This document shows, one piece after another, positions 26,301-38,300 of a DNA stretch of 64,000 nt (position 1 is the stretch's first letter; each line of letters opens with the position of its first letter). Under the pieces are notes generated by a model, which saw only the letters and a list, made by a program, of their open reading frames with translations, was not told the DNA's origin and ran no database searches. This DNA comes from Chiloscyllium plagiosum. Its lineage: Eukaryota. The position numbers were made by a program, and so were the translations under genes. The DNA lies in NCBI RefSeq assembly GCF_004010195.1, contig NC_057750.1, positions 3,649,450-3,713,449 of the forward strand. Reading direction: 5' to 3'.

Positions 26301-29300
26301 GAAACTTCTTCAGCCAGAGAGTGGGGAATCTATGGAAATTACTGCCACAGAAGGATGTGGAGGCCAGGTCATTGAGTATATTTAAGATGGGGATAGATAG
26401 GTTCATGATTATCAAGGGGATTTGGGTTTGGGGGAGAAAGCGGGAGAATGGGGTTGAGAAACGTATCAGCCATGATTGGCAGAGCAGACTCGATGGGCTG
26501 GAATGGCCTAATTTCTGCTCCTATGTCTTATGGTCTTGTTACACTACAGCTCATAAGCATGTCAGCTTGTTCAGTCAAGGGTGCAGTACAGAGCTGCAGC
26601 CATATCAAGCAAAATGGCTGAAAGCTTTTAACTTACCCATCTGCCCTGTAGAGTAGATGTAAAATATACCATAGCATTACTTCAAAGAAGAGCATGGGAA
26701 CTTTCCTCAGAATCCTGGCTATACTCATCATTATTAATTAACATCACTAAGTTTGGAATATCGAGTTATTTTCAAATAGTTGTTTTTGATACTGCACTGT
26801 ATGCAAACTGTGTTTGCATACAGTGTTGTATTGAGTTTCCCTCAATACAACAGCAACTACACTTGAAAATTACTTCTGCTTTGAGATGATCAGAGATGAT
26901 GAGAAGTGCTAACTCAATGCAAGTTTTTATTTTTTCTTCCAACATGTTTCCAAAATTCCTTTGTCATTTTTAATAAAAATGTAACGATCTTCTTCAATGT
27001 TGCTTAAGGTGTTAGTTCGTAAGTTCATAAGATAGAAGAGCAGAATTAGGCCATTCGGCCCATCAAGTCTGGTCCGCCATTCGATCATGGCTGATATCCC
27101 CCATTTTCCTGCCTTCTCTCCATACGCCTTCAACCCATTACCAATTAAAAATCTGTCTAACTCCTCTTTAAATTTACTCACTTATCCAGCATCCACCGCA
27201 CTTTGGGGTAGCGAATTCCACATTTTCACAATCCTTTGGGAGAACTAGTTTCTCCTCAACTCTGTATTGTGGAATACGTTTTCAGTGTTGAGTACCTAAG
27301 TGATTTGGACTTTTAAGGCTGCTGCTCAGGAACTTTTTGCATTGAAGCTGAATTAATAAGTTTTAAATGGAGCTAATTATTTAAGTTGGACATTTCTTTG
27401 GATACACAGCTGCTTGGTTCCTCTCATCTTTCTGCATAAGCAAACTCAAGGTGAGAAATAATGTACTGGAAATTACTGGCTTCCATTCTAATTTAAGAAA
27501 TTATTATTGTTTTATACAAAGTGTGATGGCTGGAATATGATGACGAGTGTAGGGAAAACTGCAAGTTAAGCATGTTTATCTCAATACCCAAATCCCTGAT
27601 TGCATGGCAGTGTCGGTGGATCACAAAATATATTCCAACATTTTACAAACCTCAGTGAGTGTCTCATGTACCAGTTTTTAAAGCTTAGTATATTTATTTG
27701 ATTTCCTTCTTCTGGCTCGAAGACCTCTGTGCCTCTAAAGCATCAACTGACAATTACGTACCCACAAAGTTTAAATACTTTCTGTGTCTGGTACCTGAAC
27801 AGGTTGGAGTCCTGTTATGGACTGAAGATCCACTGATTGGTTTGCCGTCAGGTGTGACACACCAGCAATAGCCTGTCAATTTATGGCACTGAACCTATTA
27901 AAGCAGAGAGAAAGAAAAATAAATTATTATGAAATCTAACTGTGTGTGTGTGTATTTTTTAATAGAGTATGCACACGTACCAAACTACACCACCATCTTT
28001 CAAGGCACTTATCCTAATTTTCAATCCAAAAGCTTGCCTCCTAGAAAACTCTTTCATCCAAGTAATTCAGATTACACCTTTCACATTCCTCTACCCCATT
28101 GTTGCTTTTAGTTACGATCTCCTTGCTAGCATTTCTGAAAACTTTCTTCCAAAATCCTTGACCATGTAATTTTCTTCCCTTTATGTGAAGAGGCCCTTGA
28201 CTTGGTTAATTCATAGCACTCAATAGATCTGGATCAAAGGTAAATCAAGGTTCCCCATGGAAGATTAGTTAGCAAAGTTAGATCTCATGGAATACAGGAA
28301 AAAGTAGCCATTTGGATACAGAACTGGCTCAAAGGTAGAAGACAGAGGGTGGTGGTGGAGGGTTGTTTTTCAGACTGGAGGCCTGTGACCAGTGGAGTGC
28401 TACAAGGATCAGTGCTGGGTCCACTACTTTTCATATTTATATAAATGATTTGGACATGAGCATAAGAGGTATAGTTAGTAAGTTTGTAGATGACACCAAA
28501 ATTGGAGGTGTGGTGGACATCGAAGAAGATTACCTCAGATTAAAATGGGATCTTGATCAGATGGGCCAGTGGGCTGAGAAGTGGCAGATGGGGTTTAATT
28601 TAGATAAATGCTAGGTGCTGCATTTTGGAAAAGCAAATCTTTGCAGGACTTATACACTTATTGGTAACATCCTAGGGAGTGTTGCTGAACAAAGACACCT
28701 TAGAGTGCAGGTTCATAGCTGCTAGAAAGTGGAGTCGCAGGTAGGTAGGATAGTGAAGAAAGCATTTGGTATGCTTTCCTTTGTTGGTCAGAGTATTGAG
28801 TACAGGAGTTGGGAGGTCATGTTGTGGCTGTACAGGTCGTTGGTTAGGCCACTTTTGGAATATTACATGCAATTCTGATCTTTTGGAAGGATGTTATGAA
28901 ACTTGAAAGGGTTCAGAAAAGATTTACAAGGATGTTGCCAGGGTTGGAGGATTTGAGCTATAGAGGGAGGTTGAATAGGCTGTGGCTGTTTTCCCTGGAG
29001 CGTCAGAGGCTGAGGGGTGACCTTATAGAGGTTTATAAAATCATGAGGGGCATAGTTAGGATAAATAGACAAAGTCTCTTCCCTGGGGTGGGGAAGTCCA
29101 GAACTAGAGGGCATAGGTTTAGGGTGAGAGGGGAAAGATATAAAAGAGACCTAAAGGGCAACGTTTTCAGGCAGAAGGTGATACATGTGTGGAATGGGCT
29201 GCCAGAGAAAGTGGTGGAGTCTAGTACGATTTTAACATTTAAAAGGCATCTGGATGGGTATATGAACAGGAAGGGTTTGGAAGGATATGGCTGGGTGCTG

Positions 29301-32300
29301 GCAGGTGGGACTAGATTGGGTTGGGATATCTGATCGGCATGGATGAGTTGGACCGAAGGGTCTGTTTCCATGCTGTACATCTCTATGACTCTAAATAAAG
29401 ATATATACTGAAAAGGGAAAATTTGATTGAATGGAGAAACAGGGTCAAGCAGCTGAACTGTTGACCCTGTTCCTTTGATTGGAAATTTCTTTTTCTTTGA
29501 AAGTAAATATAAAGATGGGCTGAATAGTGGGACGTACTATTAAAAGGGAAGGCAGTGGCCTCGTGCTGTTATCACTGGACTGTTAATCCAGAGACCCAGG
29601 TGATGTTCTGAGGATCAGGGCTCAAATCCTGCCACAGTAGATGGTTGAATTTGAATTCAATAAATATTTGCATTTAATGATTGTAATGATGGCTAGAAAA
29701 CCATTTTGAATTGTTGAGGGGAAAACCTATCCAATGTCCTTTGTGGGCGGCACGGTGGCACAGTGGTTAGCACTGCTGCCTCGCAGCGCCAGAGACCCGG
29801 GTTCAATTCCCGCCTCTGGCGACTGACTGTGTGGAGTTTGCACGTTCTCCCTGTGTCTGCGTGGGTTTCCTCCGGGTGCTCCGGTTTCCTCCCACAGTCC
29901 AAAGATGTGCAGGTCAGGTGAATTGGCCTTGCTAAATTGCCCGTAGTGTTAGGTAAGGGATAAATGTAGGGGTATGGGTGGGTTACGCTTTGGCGGGTCG
30001 GTGTGGACTTGTTGGGCCGAAGGGCCTGTTTCCACACTGTAATGTAATGTAATCTAATCTAATCTAGGGAACGAAACTGACATTCTAACCTATTCTGGCC
30101 TACATGTGACTGTAGACCCATAGCAATGTGGTTGACTCTTAACTGCCGTGTGGATAATTAGGGATGGCAATAAACGTTGGCCTAGCCAGCGATGTCATAA
30201 TCCGCTGAATGAATAAATAAAATTTCCATTCGGAGGTTTTTTGGGGCAGGTTTTCTTGTGCGATTATATTCTTAAAAGCTCATAATATATTTATGCACAA
30301 ATAAAACACCAAAGATTTTGGTGACTGGTAGGCAGGACGTTCTGGCCCTTTTCAGGACCCCCGGGCTCCTAAAACTGGGTGTCATATTTAAAAGTACTGA
30401 ACAGCACTTCACTCTTTGCTTCCTAGGGCATCATTCAACGACTGCTCATCATCACCACACACCCCTGGAAATGTCAGAGCCCACACAAAATAAAAGGCAC
30501 CATACTTTTATGATGCCTCCCTAGAGGTTCTCTTGAAGGTTGTCCCAGGAGGCAAGGAAATCCTTTGCCGAGGGCAAAAAGGGGCCATTCTGACTGATGA
30601 AGGTAGCCTGGACAGAGGTAGCTACAGAGTTGAGCACCTGGCAACAGCTCAAGATAACCTAACTCCAGTGCCACAAGGGGATAAATGATCTCTTGTGCGC
30701 TGCCAAGGTGTATACTCAAAGCTTCATGCCCCATTGAGAGTGAGTTAGCAATGTAAAGTTGCAACAGAAGAGGACTGTCATAGAGGAGTTTGGGTGTCGG
30801 ATATCTCCATCAGCTGCCTCATGTTTAAAACGTGTCTGTCACTTCATTACAGCTACTAATGTAACACTGCCTGCACCACAGTTGTATTGCCTGTCATACA
30901 CAAGCCAGGCTTCACACTTAAAACATAAAAAGAGGTACAACAATCAGCAGCCACACACCATTGGCTCACTGACCTTTCATCATAACTAGAAGAACATACA
31001 CATCTGAAAGCCAAACTGTGAGAAAGTTTATGAGAATGTAATAGCAAAAGATCAACATGCCATCAGGATTTTTTTGGGCAAAGTCCTGATGATTTGGAGA
31101 TGCCGGTGTTGGACTGGGGTGTACAAAGTTAAAAATCACACAAAACCAGGTTATGGCGCAACAGGTTTAATTGGAAGCACTGGCTTTCGGAGCGCTGCTC
31201 CTTCATCAGGTGGTTATGGCATCTGATGAAGGAGCAGCGTTCCGAAAGCTAGTGCTTCCAAATAAACCTGTGTGACTATAACCTGGTGTTGTGTGATTTT
31301 TAACTTTGTACACCCCAGTCCAACACCGGCATCTCCAAATCATCAGGACTTTGCCCAATTAAATAGCCCCCAACCACCCATCTAAAAGCACCAGGCATAT
31401 CCTGAAAATTTAATTCCATGGTTTCATGTTCCTTTGCTATTTCGGAAGGTTTGATCATAAATCAATCAAGATTGTAATGACATGAACAACCACAGCCTCC
31501 TGGTCTGTACTTGATGCTACTACAAGAAATGGGGCATTTGGGAATCCAGATTTTTGTTTCTTTGTTGCACGAGAGCAGTGAGTGGTTTGTAACATTCACT
31601 GACACAGCAGGTTTCAGAGGCATGATGACATTTTCTTGCCAGTCTTTTCACATTTACAGTATGCTTTCACTGTGTGAAGATTCTTGACTGTCCTTTTAGC
31701 TCATTGGTTAAAAATCACTACCAAAGGTGATAATAAGCAAGTAAGGTTAAGAAAATCATTTGTATTGGTTTCACTTAAAAGGCAGACCTTCAATTGGTGC
31801 CTGAAGTTTTTAAATTTACATTGAATAATTTAAGATATAACTTGTGTTAAGTGTAGAGCAATTGAGAGGATCAGATGACTTTGGACCCATTCTTCCCAAT
31901 GCTCTCAAGCACTGAGGGTTATTAATTCATATAGTATTTGGATCTGCAGAAAACATAAGCAGTAAAAAAATTGTGTTTATTATTCAGCAATTCCATTATT
32001 ATTGTGTGATTCAATCAAATTGAGCATGACATTTTTTGCCCGATGATTGGTATATTCCCATGAACACGGAGCATTGAAGTGTCGTGAAGTCTTAGAATCC
32101 TTCAGTCAAGTGGTTCAGATTAGCTGTTATTTTGTTATGGAGCTAACATTCTTCAGTGAGAAAGAACCTTGAAATGGTTTCATATGTGCTGGCACCCTGC
32201 TGATTCTTCTGATAGCTCTTGCTGCTTAAGAATGTCTGCTTTTTTTATTCACATGGGTATCACTGACTGGTCAGCATTAAGTGCCCATTCCCAATGGCCC

Positions 32301-35300
32301 ATGAGAAGGTGATGGTGCATTGCCTTCTTGAACCACTGCAGTCTGTTTTGTGTAGGGACACGCACAGTGCCATTAGCAAGGGTGTTCCAGAATTTTGATT
32401 GAGCGACATTTGAAGGAACAGTGATACATTTCCAGGTCAAGTTGAGCGAGTAGGCAAATGCATTGCAGGTGAAGTATAATATGGATACATGTGAGGTTAT
32501 CCACTTTGGTAGCAAAAACAGGGAAGCAGGTTATTATTGGAAATATGATAGATTGTGAAAGGTGGAGGTGCAATGCGACTTGTATGTCCTTGTACACCAG
32601 TTGCTGGAAGTAAACACATAGGTGCAGCAGTGGTGAGGGAGACAAACGGTATTAAAGTTTCGATCCCAGTAACCCTTCTGAACTAGATTTGAAACGTTAA
32701 CTTCATTTTCTGTCCGCTGATTCTGCCAGAGCTTCTCCAGCAATTTCTGTTTTTGTTTGTTCTTTTGTTTGTCCACAGTTCTTTGTTTTATTTTAGGTCA
32801 AATTGCATGTTGTTCGTCATTATGAGAGTCCATACCTGGAATATTCTGCACAGTTTTGGTTTCATTCTCTGAGGAAGGATGTTCTGTCAATGGAGTGAGT
32901 GTAACATTGACTTACCAGACTGATTCTTGGGATAACAAGACTGACACATGAGGAGAGACTGGATCAGTTAGGAGGTGTAGTGGACAGCGAAGAGGGTTAC
33001 CTCAGATTACAACAGGATCTGGACCAGATGGGCCAGTGGGCTGCGAAGTGGCAGATGGAGTTTAATTCAGATAAATGCAAGGTGCTGCATTTTGGGAAAG
33101 CAAATCTTAGCAAGACTTATACACTTAATGGTAAGGTCCTAGGGAGTGTTGCTGAACAAAGAGACCTTGGGGTGCAGGTTCATAGCTCCTTGAAAGTGGA
33201 ATCGCAGGTAGATAGGATAGTGAAGAAGGCCTTTGGTATGCTTTCCTTTATTGGTCAGAGTATTGAGTACAGGGGTTGGGAGGTCATGTTGCGGCTGTAC
33301 AGGACATTGGTTAGGCCACTGTTGGAATATTGCGTGCAATTCTGGTCTCCTTCCTATCGGAAAGATGTTGTGAAACTTGAAAGGGTTCAGAAAAGATTTA
33401 CAAGGATGTTGCCAGGGTTGGAGGATTTGAGCTACAGGGAGAGGCTGAACAGGCTGGGGCTGTTTTCCCTGGAGTGTCAGAAGCTGAGGGGTGACCTTAT
33501 AGAGGTTTATAAAATCATGAGGGGCATAGATAAGGTAAATAGACAAACTGTTTTCCCTGGGGTGGGGGAGTCCAGAACTAGAGGGCATAGGTTTAGGGTG
33601 AGAGGGGAAAGATATAAAAGAGACCTAAGGGACAACTTTTTCACACAGAGGGTGGTACATGTATGGAATGAGCTGCCAGAGGAAGTGGTGAAGTGTTGTA
33701 TAATTGCAACATTTAAGAGGCATTTGGATGGGTATATGAATAGGAAGGGTTTGGAGGGATATGGGCCGGGTGCTGGCAGGTGGGACTAGATTGGGTTGGG
33801 ATATCTGGTCGGCATGGACGGGTTGGACCGAAGAGTCTGTTTCCGTACTGTACATCTCTATGACTCTATGACTATAGTCACGTGAGAATGAGAGGAGTCT
33901 CATAGAAATCCATAGAACTAGATATGGTAAATACAGGAATAATGTTCCCATTGACCAGGGATCCAGAACTAGGGATTACAGTCTAAGAAGGCGGGATGAT
34001 TTACCAGGATTTTGCCTGGAATCGAGGATTTGAGTTATAAAAATTGGGTAGGCTGAGACTTTTTTCACTGGAGTGTAGGTGGGTAAGGGAGTGACCTTAT
34101 AAAAATTTATAAAATCATGAGGGGCATATATAAGGTGAGAAGTTGGGGGATTTCAAAACTAGGGGGCATATTTTTAAGGTGAGAAGAGAAAAAATTAAAA
34201 AGGACATGAGGGGCAACTTATTTTACGCAGGGAGTGGTTCATGAGTGGAATGAACTGCCAGAGGAAGTGGTGGATGCAGGTACAGTTACACTGTTTAAAA
34301 GACATTTGGATAAGTACATGAATAAGAAACGTTTAGAGGGATATGGGCCAAATGTCAGTCATTGGGACGATCTTAGTTTGGGAACATGTTTGGCATGGAC
34401 TAGTTGGACAACTCTATGACTATGACTTATTCAACATTTATACTTATATCCTAGCCCTATGAGGTTACAGTCACAATATAGCCCACAGTGGCACAGTTAG
34501 CACAGATGCCTGACAGTGCAACAGTCCTGGGTTGGATTCCACCCTCGGGCAACTATCTATCTGGAGTTTGCACATTCTCCGTGTCTATATGGGTTTCCTT
34601 CATATGCTCTGGTTTCCTCCCGCTGTCCAAAGATATGCAGGTTGGGTGGATTGGCCATGCTAAATTTCACACTGTCCAAGATTCTAAGATCTCATCTCAT
34701 CTCCTCTCGGGTATACATAAAAATCCCCAAACATTATTAGAAGAGAAGCGGGAGAATGCCATGTCCAGAGCAACCTCAAAAAACACCACAAAAATTATTT
34801 ATTTTGTTAACTACCTCACTCATTGTTAATTTGAGGCATCTTGCTTCTTGAATATTGACTTTTGCCATTGAAACATTTAAAAATAGTTTGGGATGTACTG
34901 AGGAGATGATCAGCTGGGGTTCAGGATTTCAAATATTGTTCAAGCTGCTGACCCCAGTATATGGGGTGAGTTTATAAAGGTTTATAAAATCATGAGGGGC
35001 ATATATATAGCAAGTGACACACAGAAAGTAATAATTTCATAGTACAAGATTGCTGCATTGATATATGAAGTCCATTACCTGCAACTACATTCATAGAAAT
35101 ATCTCTGTAGTGACTTTTTGAGATTAGCCAGTGTTCCTCACAGAATATGAGTTCCCTAATTGGAACTGTTAACCTGCTTCAATTGGGGAGGCCTGGCTAA
35201 CAGATATAAGCAGGAGCGTCAGAGGTTCTGCTCACTCTGAGAGCTGGCTCTGATGAAGCTGGACCAGTGTTAAGTACTATGCACATGCAAAGAAAGGATA

Positions 35301-38300
35301 ACTTGGTGATGGAATACTGGCCTCTGTGGAATTATTTCATTATTAAGTCTCAACTCCTTTGAAACTCTGATATGCATCTTGTCATCATATCAAAACACAT
35401 ACTAGAGCATAGCCTTTTCCTCAAACTATAAATATGTTTATCCTCCTCCTGGCTTTTTCAGTGCATCAAAGTGAAAGCTGATGGTATCATCACATTCTTT
35501 AACTCAGTCTTTGCCAAGATTGCAAAATGCCACTGAATAAGTTCAGTCCTCTCCCAATCTTCAACATGATATACATCAGGTTTGGGGGTCGCATATTCAT
35601 TATTTCCTGGTTTACCTGCCCATTTACTCATTGTTTTCAAACATGAAGTTGTCCTGCACTCTTAGCTTTGGTATTTCACCCTGACTTCTCAATTAAAGAA
35701 ATGAAACTGCACTGACAGTAAGTAAACCGTCAATCAAAACTTAACATTTCCAAGTCTTATGTCACTGCAAATACTCTGAGCAATCAATCACCTCAAGTCT
35801 ACTGAATGAGCTAATGAACTAAGAGTTCAATTAACTCTAGCCCTCAATGTTAAAAATCACACAACACCAGGTTATAGTCCAACAGGTTTAAGTGGAAGCA
35901 CACTAGCTTGCGGAACGATGCTTCTTCATCAGGTGGTGAAGGAGCGTCGCTCCAAAAACTAGTGTGCTTCCAATTATACCTGTTGGACTATAACCTGGTG
36001 TTGTGTGATTTTTAACTTTGTACACTCCAGTCCACCACCGGCATCTCCAAATCATAGCCCTCAATGTAATTGTTTGTTCATAGGCTAATAATAATTACCG
36101 ATCCACAGTTGCCAAGCACAAGCCATTCTATGTCACATTCAGATCAGTACTCCCCTCCCAAGTATTTTTCAACCAAAGTATGATTATCACTGTTCAATGC
36201 ATTCAATAAACACTAGTACAGAAGTCACAGAAAAAGTGAATGTCTTTAACCGGGCTAGATCATTCTTGTTTTTCTCTGACAGAAAATTCATTTTAGAATT
36301 TCAGTTTTTATTAAACTTGTTTAAATTATCAACCACTATTGTGCGTGTTTTTTATACTGCTTTTAATGGTGAAATCATCCCTCTTTACATTACTCACTTT
36401 CTACTCCAACTAATCGTTGTAAATACAACTCAGAAGATCACTTTCATCTGACCAGAACATTCAATTTTCAGTCAGTCATTTCCATTGGTTCAAACAAAAC
36501 AGAATGTTAGATAATATCTGTTACATTTATCCCTTCATAAGAACTGAACTATAGACCAGAAATGTGACTGTTTCATTCACTGTGGTTTGGGATCTTGCAA
36601 ATATATATTTTTTCTCATTGATTCTACCGAAATTGGCTTACAAGTAAGGTTGAGTTTTTTTTGCTTACACCACTTTCTCAAGCGCAATTAAGGATGTCAT
36701 TTTGAATTGCTTCTGTTCAATATATAGCTGCTCTTACAATAAAACAGGAAGTTTCAACATTTTTATCCAGTAAGAATGAGCAAAAAGCAAGAAATCTCCA
36801 AGTGAGAATGGTGAGAATCTTGGCAACTTGGCCGGGCTGGGATAACAGTATTTGCTGCCCTAGAGAAGACTTCAGCCTGCTGCTTCAAAGTCTCCCACCA
36901 TGCACATGTGCACAAACATATGCTTGGAAGGTACAATTCCAATTGCATTTGCATTTCCTAGGCAAACAGGAAATACACAGTGAACGGACCTGCAGGTAGG
37001 GTCACCGGTTCTGGCACAACAAATTCATGGAAATGTTGACAGAAGTGATATCACAGATGGGCGGCAATGAAGGACAAAACCTGCTAAGAGAAAGTAGGTA
37101 TTTGGGAATAGGTTTAGTGAGTATGTATTTGTGGGGATATTTTTTTATCATGTGAGATGAAGCAGTGGATAAAATTTATAAGCTATATAAGTTTTACCTT
37201 AAACATGCACAGTTTGCAATTGTTCAAGATATTTAAATAGAATTTAAATGACTCGAAGGATGGAATCCTATAGCGATCTGAACAACAAGGGCTATGGCAA
37301 GTTGTATGGCAAAATTGAGTGAGAGTGCAGTGAGGCCCACATCGATGTCAAGATCAACTTGTATCATCTTTTAGGCTTTTCACATGTGGCGTCACAAGAT
37401 TCACATTGGACAGAGGTGAGTTGCCAGGTGACAATGATTATTGCTTGTTAAACGTCTTGTTGACAGCCCAACTCCCCTCATTAATATTCAGCCTCCCATT
37501 TTACCAAACTTGCCAAAATAAGCTCAATGTCAGGAAGGCTTGACAACGAAACCAGATCAAGCATCCGACAAATACAGCTTGTTGCTTGCTCCAAGTAGTG
37601 TCCATTTTGAACACTCAGAGTATGTCATGGGCACCACACTTCCATGGGCATTGGCATCTGACATGTGCCGGCCTCTAAGAACCCTCATGGATCATCTCTG
37701 ATCCACTTACAGGATGCTTCTGAACTTCATTTCTATACCTCAGGCTGCACTGGCATCTATCATTGTAGACTGCAGCAAGGATATACATCCATTTCATAGA
37801 CTAGGCCAGGCTGTACCTCCAAGCTCTTCACTTGCTGTCATAATGCTCAGTGACTCTGAGTCTACCTGGATGCTCAGAGCATCCCTGCCTCACATTGCTT
37901 TGCCTTGTCATTTTGCACTTTTGACCCTTAGTCAGAGATACCAGGCTCATATGACTGCTGTCTTGCCATGCTGTTTAGCACAGACACAAAGCCAAGAAGC
38001 TTGTCATAGTTATCAGCAGGCCTGTCAATTCAAGGAGGAAAATTGTTGTTTTACTTCCAAATAACGCAAAAATTGTAAGAACAAATCACTTGACTGATAA
38101 AGTCAAAAGTAAAATGATCTGAATTCCTGCTTGAATATACACTGTACCACATTTGGATTATTGCTCATTGTTTGTGCCCAATCACTCATGCAAATTCAAG
38201 TCCCATCAATTCCATTGCAACTCTCCTAAATCTAGGGCAAACAGATCTCCCTTGACTTTGTTTTCTTTATTTGAGTTTGAGCTTAATTGTGCAGCACCAC

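Larger units (their letters stand above)
24703..26653. repeat. Local direct duplication: copy A 24703-24911; copy B 25683-25787 plus about 26545-26653, split by a CR1
   Basis: Shared blocks AACTAGA.TGGGACTGCACACTTCA, CAGAGGGAAGAGAGTTT, TATCAAGCAAAATGGCTGAAAGCTTTTAACTTAC. Confidence 0.92.

Noticed and set aside
29745..29820. tRNA gene-like heads (also 12268, 17253, 21595, 38335)
   Set aside because: They continue into SINE core and tail sequence; these are SINE promoters, not tRNA genes.
32980..33789. Longest ORF (269 aa) as a host gene
   Set aside because: It is the C-terminus of CR1 ORF2 in a 5'-truncated copy.
35458..35640. 60-aa minus-strand ORF in intron 3 (also 11705-12091 and 37714-38064)
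   Set aside because: No recognisable domain or exon context; lengths are compatible with chance.
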